DNA of 64,000 bases from a bacterium (GTDB lineage: Bacteria; SAR324; NAC60-12). The stretch is taken from NCBI GenBank assembly GCA_965209155.1, contig OZ242383.1, positions 3,392,001-3,456,000 on the forward strand, given 5' to 3'. The notes beneath the pieces are model-generated. The model was given only the letters and a program-made list of their open reading frames with translations, ran no database searches and was not told where the DNA came from. Positions 19,481 through 28,914 of the stretch are shown here, piece by piece. Each line of letters starts with the position of its first letter. Positions within the stretch are counted from its first letter, which is position 1. The position numbers and the translations under genes are program-made.

Positions 19481-20968
19481 TCAACGCTGGAAATCAGGGG
19501 GGTGCTGGGTATGGAAGTTGGTGAATTTCTGAATAGTCGCTGCCGTTGCGAGCAGGTGAGCGTCCTCAAATTTGCGCCCCAAAAGCTGCACGCCTATCGG
19601 TAACCCTTCGCGGGAGAGTTTAGCAGGAATTGAAATAGCGGGGGTGCGGGTCAAATTGGCCAGGACACTGTATACGTCCGCCAAATACATCAATAGCGGA
19701 TCCTCCGTTTTCTCTCCGAGTTTGAATGCAGGGAACGGTGAGACCGGCCCTATAATATAATCAAACTCTTGGAGCAGCGTCTCTACTTTCCTCTCAATCA
19801 TGCTCCTCATTTTGCTGGCTTTGCCATAATATTGATCGTAATAACCGGCGCTCAGGACGAATGTCCCCAACATGATCCGCCGTTTCACTTCGTCACCGAA
19901 TCCGTGGCTGCGTGATTGTTTGTAGAGAGATTCCAAGGTGTCACTCTGCCGATCTCTCAGTCCGTAGCGGATGCCGTCGAATCGTCCGAGATTGGAGCTT
20001 GCTTCCGCAAATGCCAGAATATAGTAAGTGGGAATCAGATATCGAGTTAAGGGAAATGATCGTTCTTCTACCACCGCGCCATTATCTTTCAAGAAACTCA
20101 CCATTTCCTGGGTACTTTCATTAACCTCTGCGCTGACCGTTGCTTCGTCCATGTATTCTCTGGGAAAGCAAATCTTCAATTGGGAGAGATCAATAGATTC
20201 AGGGGATGGTATGGCTTCGGTCCTCGCAGACGTGCTGTCTCTGGAGTCATAACCCTGGATGACAGAAAGTCCGTAAGCGCAGTCTTCCGCACTCCGTCCC
20301 AAGCATCCAATTTGATCCAATGAAGAACCATAGGCCACTAGTCCGTATCGAGAGACTCTTCCATAGGTGGGTTTGAAACCCGTTATTCCACAAAAGGCTG
20401 CCGGTTGTCGAATGGATCCACCTGTATCGGACCCCAAAGCTAACAGGGACATACCCGTCGCAATCGATACTGCCGATCCTCCACTGCTCCCTCCCGGCAC
20501 CTTTTCCACGTTCCAAGGGTTCCTGGTGGGAAGAAATGCGGAATTTTCGGTGGAAGAACCCATAGCAAATTCATCCATATTGGTCTTGCCTATGATCAAT
20601 GCATCTTCCTGGAGTAACTTTTCCACGACTGTTGCATTGAAAGGCGCTTGAAAGTTTTCCAAAATCCGTGAGCCGCAGGTCGTTTTCAGTTGTGAATCCT
20701 GAACGACAATGTTGTCCTTCAGAGCTACCGGAATTCCTGCGAGTTTTCCCAAAGGCTCTTCTTTGTCGGCTTTCTCGTCTATTGATTCTGCCCACTGCAT
20801 CGCCCGGCTTCTATCCACCAGGGAAAGGAAGACATTCAGTTGGCCGTTATAGCGTTCTATATTGTCATAAATTAACATCATGACGTCACGAGCCTTGATT
20901 TGTCGGTTCTTGATCCGTTCAACCAACCGCTCCAACGACAATCCAACAATCGCTTGCAAGGGCTTCAC
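19481..20968 (-). CDS. gatA: Asp/Glu-tRNA amidotransferase subunit A
   Basis: KTNMDEFAMGSSTENS, DTGGSIRQPA, EASSNLGRFDGIRYG, EVKRRIMLGTFVLSAGYYD. Confidence 0.96.
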   Translation of the reverse strand: MKPLQAIVGLSLERLVERIKNRQIKARDVMMLIYDNIERYNGQLNVFLSLVDRSRAMQWAESIDEKADKEEPLGKLAGIPVALKDNIVVQDSQLKTTCGSRILENFQAPFNATVVEKLLQEDALIIGKTNMDEFAMGSSTENSAFLPTRNPWNVEKVPGGSSGGSAVSIATGMSLLALGSDTGGSIRQPAAFCGITGFKPTYGRVSRYGLVAYGSSLDQIGCLGRSAEDCAYGLSVIQGYDSRDSTSARTEAIPSPESIDLSQLKICFPREYMDEATVSAEVNESTQEMVSFLKDNGAVVEERSFPLTRYLIPTYYILAFAEASSNLGRFDGIRYGLRDRQSDTLESLYKQSRSHGFGDEVKRRIMLGTFVLSAGYYDQYYGKASKMRSMIERKVETLLQEFDYIIGPVSPFPAFKLGEKTEDPLLMYLADVYSVLANLTRTPAISIPAKLSREGLPIGVQLLGRKFEDAHLLATAATIQKFTNFHTQHPPDFQR

Positions 20969-21222
20969 ATTCCTTTCAGTTCGTTGACTTGGTCCACATA
21001 TTTTTGTTGCGCTTCTTGGCGGGACATTCCTTTCAATTGTTCCCAGGCATTGTATTTGGCACGCGCAACAAAATCCGCCATACTCGGCACCTCTCCGCTC
21101 ACGTCTCCCTCCATGCCTTGCTTGTATAAGCTGTACAACTTCAGGAGTGTTTCATTACTCGGACGTTCAGTTAGTTGCCTCGCTTCTGCAGCAGCCTTTT
21201 CAAATTCTTCTTGTAATGCCAC
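20965..21222 (-). CDS. Acyl-CoA-binding protein (ACBP)
   Basis: LLKLYSLYKQGMEGD, RAKYNAW, GMSRQEAQQKYV. Confidence 0.92.
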   Translation of the reverse strand: MALQEEFEKAAAEARQLTERPSNETLLKLYSLYKQGMEGDVSGEVPSMADFVARAKYNAWEQLKGMSRQEAQQKYVDQVNELKGM

Positions 21223-21371
21223 CTGTCCTTATCTCCTCATTTTTTTATTTATCAAAGAGGCACGCTCTGCCAGCGGAATTGCATACTGCTCTGAAATCTA
21301 TTCAATAAAAGTGTTATTTGAGAAGGGACCTTCATCATGAACACGATTCATATTCAATAATACCTGTCACT

Positions 21372-21423
21372 CTGGATATTATCCAGCTAGAAAATGGTAC
21401 AGATTCGACCGGTGGCTTGTCAA
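21372..21423 (-). promoter_or_regulatory. Putative sigma70 promoter with palindromic operator for ACBP-gatA-dut
   Basis: Minus strand TTGACA-N18-TACCAT followed by perfect palindrome CTGGATA-n-TATCCAG. Confidence 0.45.
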
Positions 21424-21767
21424 GTGGTTTTCAGACCCGGGAATCTTTTCAATGTTATTGAACGGAACGGCATCTGAGTGTCCCCGGATTTGAGCAGATT
21501 TATTGATTTTTTTGCGAATCCCGCATTTTTTTGCATTTGGGGGTTGACATCGCGCAAATAGTAGTAGTGCTAAAACCATGCCTTCACTAAGTTGTTTTAG
21601 TGAATGTTTATTCCTTACGATCTAAGATCCCAGGGTGCGCTACCGTTAAAGGGATTTCCGGATAAGGTCGAAGACTGATTCCCTTCTTTTTTTTCAAAGG
21701 AGGGAAAGCGTATTATATTTTGGAATATCCCCTTAACTGACGTACAACTGAAAGAAATAGACTTCCC

Positions 21768-22733
21768 GTGACTGAAGTAACAACTAAAAAGGTTTTCACG
21801 ATAGAGCAAAAAAGACGCTCGCGCTTGATGGAATTCTTCCGGAGGCTTGTCCGGGAACAGCCCTTGGGCACCGTGGGCGGCATCATCGTGCTGTTGCTGC
21901 TTTTCTGCGGCATCTTCGCTAATTTCCTGGCTCCCTATGGGATGAACGAAATTCACCTTCTGGACAGGTATGCTCCGCCTTCCGGGAAATACCTGCTGGG
22001 TGCCGACCAGCTGGGGCGAGACATCCTCAGTCGAATTATCTACGGGGCGCAAATTTCGGTGATCATTGGCCTCTCCGCAACCAGTATCAACCTGGTGGTT
22101 GCCCTGCTGACCGGCGCGACGACCGGGTTCTTCGGCGGCAAGGTCGATATCGTGGTGCAGCGGTTTGTCGATGCCTGGATGGCCTTCCCCGGGCTGCTCA
22201 TTCTGATCACGGTGATGTCGTTGGTCGGTCAGGGCCAGCTGCAAATCATCCTGGTCCTGGGTATTGCCGGCGGTATCAGCGGTTCGAGAATCGCGCGAAG
22301 CGCAGTCATCGGCATCAAGGAAAATGTGTATTTTCTGGCCGCGAAGGCCGTAGGCGTCCCCATGTACCAAATTCTCTTCCGGCATGTGCTGCCCAACATC
22401 ATGGCAACCATGATCGTCATTTTTACCGTGACCATTGGCGACGTGATCATTGCCGAGGCCTCCATGAGCTTCCTCGGTCTCGGGCTGCTTCCCGATGTGG
22501 CCAGTTGGGGTGGGATGCTCAGTTGGGAAGGAGGCCGCTACATGGAGAGGGTCCCGGCGCTGGCGCTCTGGCCCGGGCTTTCCCTATTCATCGTTGTCTG
22601 GGGCATCAACATGTTCGGCGACGCGCTCAGAGACCTGCTCGACCCCAGCCTGAGGAGCGGTGGCGGGCGCTATGGTGCCACGAAGGGGAAACGAAAACGA
22701 GGGTTCTTTGCCAGATTTTTCAGTAAAAAATAG
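21768..22733 (+). CDS. ABC transporter permease (DppC type), no partner genes adjacent
   Basis: LGADQLGRDILSR, RHVLPN, SWGGML, GDALRDLLDP; GC-rich. Confidence 0.92.
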   Translation: MTEVTTKKVFTIEQKRRSRLMEFFRRLVREQPLGTVGGIIVLLLLFCGIFANFLAPYGMNEIHLLDRYAPPSGKYLLGADQLGRDILSRIIYGAQISVIIGLSATSINLVVALLTGATTGFFGGKVDIVVQRFVDAWMAFPGLLILITVMSLVGQGQLQIILVLGIAGGISGSRIARSAVIGIKENVYFLAAKAVGVPMYQILFRHVLPNIMATMIVIFTVTIGDVIIAEASMSFLGLGLLPDVASWGGMLSWEGGRYMERVPALALWPGLSLFIVVWGINMFGDALRDLLDPSLRSGGGRYGATKGKRKRGFFARFFSKK

Positions 22734-22795
22734 GTCGAGTTTTTGTTTTAACCCTATCAGATAGTCTTGTTAACCATCCAGAAAGAGAAATTATT

Positions 22796-23653
22796 ATGCT
22801 TAATATTGAACCAACCTACGCAACCCTGGGCGCCGTGGTCACCGGCATTGACCTCTCCTCACTCGAAGATACCACCTGGAGCAAGATTGAGGCGGCCTTT
22901 CACGAGTATGGGGTTTTGATTTTCCCAGAGCAGCATCTCTCGGTAGAAGCGCAGGTGGCATTTACCTCAAGATTCGGAGAGATTGAACTCATGGGGAACC
23001 ATTACGACGAGAAATTCGTCTGGGTCAGTAACCAGCGGAAGGATGGAACCTTTTACGAAAAGAGCACACGTGAGTCATTAGGGTCGATCGCTAACGAAGG
23101 TTGGCATACCGATAGCTCCTACATGAGGCTCTCCGCCAAGGCGTCATTGCTCTCAGCCCACGTTGTCCCCTCGCAAGGGGGTCAGACCGAATTCGCTGAT
23201 ATGCGGGCGGCCTACGATGCCCTGGACGACGCCACCAAAGCACAAATTGCCAATCTGTCCGCCTACCATTCGCTTTTCCAATCCCAAGCCAGGGCCGGTC
23301 TTGTTATGAAAATCGGGGATGGCTACGGATATGAGGACAAAGTCCCCCCCTTGAGACCCCTGGTTAAGGTCCATCCGGTGACCAATCGTCCCGCACATTT
23401 TATCGGCCGTCATGCTTATGAAATCCCTGGACTCGAACCGGAAGCGGGCGAGAAACTGCTTGCCGATCTGACAACTTTCGCCTGCCAGGCTCCACGGACC
23501 TACCAGCACAATTGGCAGCCTGGAGACATCGTCATCTGGGACAACCGCTGCGTGCTCCACCGAGCCTGCCCCTACGATCGAAACGAACCCAGGACCATGC
23601 TCACGACTCGGGTGGCAGGTGACCCCGCCACCGAGTTTGCTCTCAATGCTTAA
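22796..23653 (+). CDS. TauD/TfdA family dioxygenase, SdpA-like
   Basis: ATLGAVVTG, WHTDSSY, FADMRAAYDALD, PLRPLVKVHP, IGRHA, WDNRCVLHRA. Confidence 0.9.
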   Translation: MLNIEPTYATLGAVVTGIDLSSLEDTTWSKIEAAFHEYGVLIFPEQHLSVEAQVAFTSRFGEIELMGNHYDEKFVWVSNQRKDGTFYEKSTRESLGSIANEGWHTDSSYMRLSAKASLLSAHVVPSQGGQTEFADMRAAYDALDDATKAQIANLSAYHSLFQSQARAGLVMKIGDGYGYEDKVPPLRPLVKVHPVTNRPAHFIGRHAYEIPGLEPEAGEKLLADLTTFACQAPRTYQHNWQPGDIVIWDNRCVLHRACPYDRNEPRTMLTTRVAGDPATEFALNA

Positions 23654-23765
23654 GTAGCAAGGCCATACGTTTGCATTTCATCGGATGGAAGCGTTCACTC
23701 AAAACGTGGTCTTCCGACAAATCTATCCGGATCCGCAGGGATTTTCGGGTCCACTATACCGGCAA

Positions 23766-24054
23766 TTAAAAAGGAAATCTGGATGCAAAATACAAGGGAT
23801 ATCGATGTATATTGTTTTTATTGTCAATAAATGGCTTATGGGCGCTCATAACCGTGCGATAGAGATGCTTATATTTGTCGGTGAACACTTTAAGACTTTT
23901 AGCCTGAGTGACCCAGCCGGATTTGACTTCAATCGGTAATACGGCCTCACCCCCTCATAAACTCAACCTCGGCTGTTCTTTCTCTCCAGCTATACACATC
24001 TTTTACGCCTGAACAGACGAATTCCTGTGCGACATAATTCTCGGCATAATATCC
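23766..24054 (-). pseudogene. 3-prime relic of an AAA_14/DUF4143 ATPase
   Basis: Manual translation GYYAENYVAQEF..YSWRERTAEVEF, frameshift, then AVLPIEVKSGWVTQAKSLKVF..YPLYFASRFPF*; parallels the C-terminus of 52916-54265. Confidence 0.8.
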
Positions 24055-24249
24055 CTATTTTTTTCCAAAAGACTCAACAGATTTTTGAAGTCTGGGCTCG
24101 TTAGCATTGATTTCCTTTATGATCAGTGAATCTAATATCATCTCCAGTGCAGCCTGAAAAATCGCTGCTTCCCCTTGTGCCTGCCAAAAGACAATATCAA
24201 ATTGCTCATCTTCCCCAAGTTTTTGATACGATTCAAGTATTTCTGTCAT
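24055..24249 (-). CDS. Small hypothetical protein (FDxxFWQAQG motif; possibly a toxin-antitoxin/nucleotidyltransferase partner)
   Basis: Strong AGGAGG RBS, 64 aa; partner assignment is from recall only. Confidence 0.55.
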   Translation of the reverse strand: MTEILESYQKLGEDEQFDIVFWQAQGEAAIFQAALEMILDSLIIKEINANEPRLQKSVESFGKK

Positions 24250-24809
24250 GCAACCTCCTTTTTCGACCGGACGATAGGGTTTAGCCGCTGTTGGAAGCGG
24301 GAGCATCGACGGCGCATACGCTGTAGTCAGTCAGCTTATACAGTCTTGATACCTAACAAGGATGACACCGGATGCACAACTCAAAAAAGATATTTGTATC
24401 GAATCAGAAGAAACACAATCCGGGCGAAGAGAAAGAAAACTCAACACAAATTTCCCTTTACACCCTCATTTTCAATTGGTAAGGTCTTCAGAAAAATTTT
24501 TATTTTCCTACTATAAAGGCATCAGTCAAGAGAATAATGAATAAATTTCTAACCAGCCTACTATTCGTGGTCCCAAAGGCCAACATGTTACTTTTTCGAA
24601 GTGGATTGAAAAAAATTGGAGTTGTCACACAATGGGGATAAATCTACGACAATTTTTATTCATCATAAAGAAGCTCAAAATGAGAAACTAACCACTTTTT
24701 CGCTTGAAACCCTGTATCGCCAGCCCGCTGGATTCCCGCTTGTGTGGGGAAAACCAAGTGTGTTACAATCTTGTGTGTCAGAACAATTATCATTTAGAAA
24801 GGGAGACTC

Positions 24810-25721
24810 ATGACTGATTTTAAAGCAATCGCCTCCTCGCTCGAGGAACGGGGCTTCTGCGTTGTCCCGGAATTCCTCAGCCGTGATGAGATCGACTTCC
24901 TCGTGGAAGAATTCGATGCCAGCCCAGACTATTCCCCGCAAACGAAAAATATGCATAACACGCGGCACCTCGGCGACGAGCCAATTGCCGGTCAAACCGG
25001 AGCGCTGCGTTCTAACGCGATGGGACGAAAAGAAACCTTCCAGAGAATAGGTCCGTGGATGGAAGCCTTCGCCCAGGGAATCACCGGAGCCAGGGCCGCG
25101 CTCTATCAAATCCTCTATCTCCAGACTCCGGTAACCAGTCTTTCCTTTCATCAGGATTTCGATCATTTTTACCTGACGGAATACAATCGGACTCATCTCA
25201 ATTTCTGGATTCCATTGGTCAAGCCTTACCCCACCGAGGCGGGACTGCGCCTGATTCCCTGGGATCGGCTTGGTGAAAAGTCGTCGCGACTCTTCAACCT
25301 CTGTCGGCGCTCGGGCGCGAGTAGATTTTACTCACTTCGTGACGGGGGAACCTTGTATATTTCCGACTGGAGCGGAGTCCACTACCTCGAGGAGAACCTC
25401 GAAATCGAGGAGGTCATGGAGACTCCGGCAGTGGGACCTGGCGACCTGTTGCTGCTGCGCGTCAACACCATCCATGCGACGCAGACGACCAACGATCGGC
25501 GCCTCGCGGTATCGTTGCGCACCTGCGATCCGGAGACGCCGATCGACTGGCATCGGGTGGCAGGCAGTCCCACCATGGCAATGATGCAACGTCTCGGAGG
25601 GGAAAAGGGGGGAACGGGTCCCAACAAGTTGTTTTTCCCGGTCTTTCAACACGTCCAGGAAAACGACTTCGGCATCACCCTGGAGGACATTGTACCGACC
25701 CTGACTGGCGAGCGCGAGTAG
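24810..25721 (+). CDS. Divergent PhyH-like Fe(II)/2OG dioxygenase
   Basis: RGFCVVPEFL, SFHQD, NFWIPL, PGDLLL..TIHAT, RRLAVSLR; GGGAG RBS. Confidence 0.78.
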   Translation: MTDFKAIASSLEERGFCVVPEFLSRDEIDFLVEEFDASPDYSPQTKNMHNTRHLGDEPIAGQTGALRSNAMGRKETFQRIGPWMEAFAQGITGARAALYQILYLQTPVTSLSFHQDFDHFYLTEYNRTHLNFWIPLVKPYPTEAGLRLIPWDRLGEKSSRLFNLCRRSGASRFYSLRDGGTLYISDWSGVHYLEENLEIEEVMETPAVGPGDLLLLRVNTIHATQTTNDRRLAVSLRTCDPETPIDWHRVAGSPTMAMMQRLGGEKGGTGPNKLFFPVFQHVQENDFGITLEDIVPTLTGERE

Positions 25722-25993
25722 ATGAACAGAGCAATAATTTGAAAAATATTTGATCCATCTGAAACGTAGAGCCTTTAGTGTGTTAGCCACCTGTTGTGCC
25801 GGGGGAAAGCACTAACATATGAAAACCCTCCCATGGGATAGTGTGGTTTTTGGACTTTCACTCCCAAACGCATTTTTTGGCGAAACTTATTGAGATTCTG
25901 AGTTCGATTACCCTGATATTTACGATACACAGAGTAATCGGAGGATCTCCCTTGTCATTGCCGGAAGTCTCTGATTCTCCCGCGGCTAACATT

Positions 25994-26223
25994 TCAGTTA
26001 AGCTGTTTTGCAAGATTATGGAGCGAGGCAAGCCCCATCTTTATATTGATTCCTGGAAGATGTTTGTAGTGCTTATCATTACCAGTTATCAAAGGCATTT
26101 GTTGAACAATGGAAGTGGCTCCAATCAGGGCATCGGCAAGTTCCATTGAATGACTCAAAGCGTATTGTTCGACAAAGAACATGGCTTTCGTTGAAATCAT
26201 TTCATCGATTTGAAGGACTTTAA
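25994..26223 (-). pseudogene. C-terminal relic of a VapC/PIN toxin, cut at the IS left end
   Basis: KVLQIDEMISTKA..SHSMELADALIGAT..PLITGNDKHY; the N-terminal half is absent on the other side of the IS. Confidence 0.78.
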
Positions 26224-26619
26224 TGTCTCATAAATGGTCTAAATCCTCCGTCTTCCAGACGGAAAGAGAGCTTCAGTCAAAATTAGAATCGCATTGAGAT
26301 TTCCCATGAATTCCCCCTCATGTGAGTGTCAGTGATTTTGTACAAAAAGCCAAAGGGCGGAGTTCGCGAAAAATTCAAATGGAATTCCAACCGATTTTGA
26401 AAAATCGCTATTGGGGCCGACCTTTCTGGGCGCGAGGATTTTTTAGTGCGACCCGTGGTAATGTGACTGATGAAATGATTTATGAATATATCAACAATCA
26501 CTCTGATGCCCATCAACCGGATCACATTGACAATATCCGGCTCGAATGATAGCTTTAGCTGAATGTTGGGCTTATAGCCCTTTGCGTAAATCCTTCAGCT
26601 TCAGCTGAGGGTGGTTTAA
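26224..26619 (+). mobile_element. Internally deleted IS200/IS605-family element (non-autonomous)
   Basis: Near-identical to 30227-30846 but lacks ~223 bp covering the 5-prime half of tnpA; both end hairpins kept. Confidence 0.9.
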
Positions 26620-26646
26620 TTTTCCTAAATAGACCTTGAGGTTAAT

Positions 26647-27819
26647 ATGAGTAGAGAGTATTCATCAATAGAAAAGACGGTACTGGTGGATTATGGAACC
26701 GAAGAATCAGCCATGGTTCGTTACCGGGAGGAGGGCACCCAACGTGCTTTGGCACTCGACAACCGAGGAGCGATCCGTTTTGATGAAGACGGTCGTCTCG
26801 ATCCGGCCATCCTGCAATCCTATTCACGCAACGGGTTCTATATTTTCGACGAGGTGCTCAAAGAAGAGGAACTCCAGGACATCGAACAAGATCTGACCGA
26901 TCTGCTGGACCAGGCTCCGGTCACCAAAGATTCGCAAGTGGATCATAAAGGACGCCCAGCTTTCAATGCAGCTTGCCAATTGCAAGAAATTAGTTGGGTC
27001 AAACCCCTTTCCGATGAGGTTGGCGGAACCAGCAAAATGCATGGTCGTCATCCGGCAAAGATGTTTGAACCCGTGCCCCCGGAAGATGCCCCGGAGTTTG
27101 TGTTACAATTCATCAATGGTTCCTTGCAGTTTTCTGAAACCTGCCTACACGTTTATGGGCATCCCCAACTCCTTGCCATTGCTGAAGCGATCAACGGTGA
27201 GGATTTCACCCCATTCAATGAGGGGCTGTGGATCAAGTATCCCAGGCTGGGGGGTTCCGTCGCCTGGCACCAGGATGGCGTCACCCATTGGGACAACCCC
27301 GATCTCGATGAAAACACCCACGGTTTCAATTTCATGGCACAACTTTATGGATGCAATGCCGCAAACGGCGTCTGGGTGGTACCGGGATCTCATCGGCAAG
27401 GCAAGGTAGACATCAAAGCCAGGGTGAAGGAAGCGGGGTCGGACCGTCTGCCCGATGCTGTGCCGCTGATCTGCAATCCAGGGGATATCGTCATCTGCAA
27501 TCGTCAGATCCTTCATGGCTCCTTCGCGAACACCAGCCCCGACTTTCGCGTTACCATCAACTTCGGTTTCCATCGGCGTCAGTCGGTGTTGGATGTGCCC
27601 AGTAAAGTGCAGGCCAATCCTGATGCTATCTACGATGCAGCCTATATCCGTGAGCGTTCGCGGTTGATCATGTATGCCATCGACGCCCGGCGAAAAAAAT
27701 ATCCGGAGGAATCCCCTTTTGTGTACAAACCTTTTGCAGGACAAGAGGAAGCCTATCGCTGGACCCCCAAAGCAAAAGCGGGGCTCATAGACTACCAGCT
27801 ACAGGATCTCCGGATCTAG
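26647..27819 (+). CDS. PhyH-family Fe(II)/2OG dioxygenase (long type)
   Basis: VAWHQDG, GVWVVPGSH, ILHGSFAN, RVTINFGF. Confidence 0.88.
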   Translation: MSREYSSIEKTVLVDYGTEESAMVRYREEGTQRALALDNRGAIRFDEDGRLDPAILQSYSRNGFYIFDEVLKEEELQDIEQDLTDLLDQAPVTKDSQVDHKGRPAFNAACQLQEISWVKPLSDEVGGTSKMHGRHPAKMFEPVPPEDAPEFVLQFINGSLQFSETCLHVYGHPQLLAIAEAINGEDFTPFNEGLWIKYPRLGGSVAWHQDGVTHWDNPDLDENTHGFNFMAQLYGCNAANGVWVVPGSHRQGKVDIKARVKEAGSDRLPDAVPLICNPGDIVICNRQILHGSFANTSPDFRVTINFGFHRRQSVLDVPSKVQANPDAIYDAAYIRERSRLIMYAIDARRKKYPEESPFVYKPFAGQEEAYRWTPKAKAGLIDYQLQDLRI

Positions 27820-28320
27820 CCAACGACCTGTTTTGATTTTCACACGGGCAGTTCTGACAGCGTATTATGCAGTTGATGACACAAATGGCAGGAAAGATTA
27901 TCACCCATCACTTGCTTGTCATAGAAGCTTTGGTGTAATGTAAATGAGTTTGTGAAAAGTAGTGGTTCTGTATACCAATGTCTTGCTGGTTTCAGTGTCT
28001 TCTTTATCTCCTTATCATTCAAAAGCCCCTGCCATAGGGGGCATCTCCAAGAGTTTTGACATTAGAGGAGTTACATCAAGACCACCCCACTATTTGGACG
28101 GATTTTGTTTGGAGCTGTAGTGAACCCATCAAGTGACTTGGTAAGGTTTGATTTTTCCATTTTTTTTTTCGTAAGAGAGATCACAAACGATTTTTTAAAC
28201 TCAGAATATCACGAAACGGCCAAGTGGTGATCTGATCACTAACAGCGTATTGATGGTCTCTTGGATAGACAATAAAAAGGTGTTTCAACTTCAGATCATC
28301 TAGAGCGATGTTCATGGATT

Positions 28321-28832
28321 TTGTCACTTAAGGATCTAAAACGACTGGTGAAAAGGGGATTGATACGGGAGGATTTCTTCTACCGCATCCACATTATTCC
28401 CATGCACTTGCCGCCTCTCAGGGAACGTAAAGAGGATATCCCCCTTTTGATCGAGCATTTTATGCAAAACTACCCTTCCTCAAAGAACCTGCCCAAAATC
28501 ACTGTTGCTGTCATGGAAGTTCTGACCTCCTATGATTGGCCGGGAATCGTCAGGGAACTGATCAATACCATGCATCGCTACCTGACGCTCAAGAAACTCG
28601 ACATCCTCGATACCTCTTTCATCGATGCCAGCCAAACAGAACCACCAGTCTCGGTTGAGGAGCGTGAAACCAATAAATCCTTGGATGCCACTGTGAAGCG
28701 ATTCGAAAAACTGTATTTGATCAAGGTGCTGGAAGAAACAACTGGCACCAGGGCAACATTTCAGCCCTCCTGGGGGTTGATCGTAAAACATTGTATCGAA
28801 AAATAGTCCAATACCTTCTCAAACCTTCATAA
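28321..28832 (+). pseudogene. C-terminal relic of a sigma-54 enhancer-binding (NtrC-type) regulator
   Basis: REDFFYRI, LPPLRERKEDIPLL, YDWPG-VREL; Fis HTH (ALLGVDRKTLYRK) in a shifted frame; no Walker A/GAFTGA. Confidence 0.85.
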
Positions 28833-28914
28833 AGAGAAGATGGTTTTGATGGGCCCCTTAAAACGCGAAGTGGTGACGCCGAGAGAAAGCCGTCTCGGGG
28901 AATCCCAAAGGAGG

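Noticed and set aside
130..27819. 2OG-dependent halogenases
   Set aside because: All four enzymes retain the HxD carboxylate ligand
27840..28022. 60-aa ORF containing CHLCH (CxxCH)
   Set aside because: No signal peptide or RBS, and upstream frames are broken by stops; the motif may be chance or a decayed remnant
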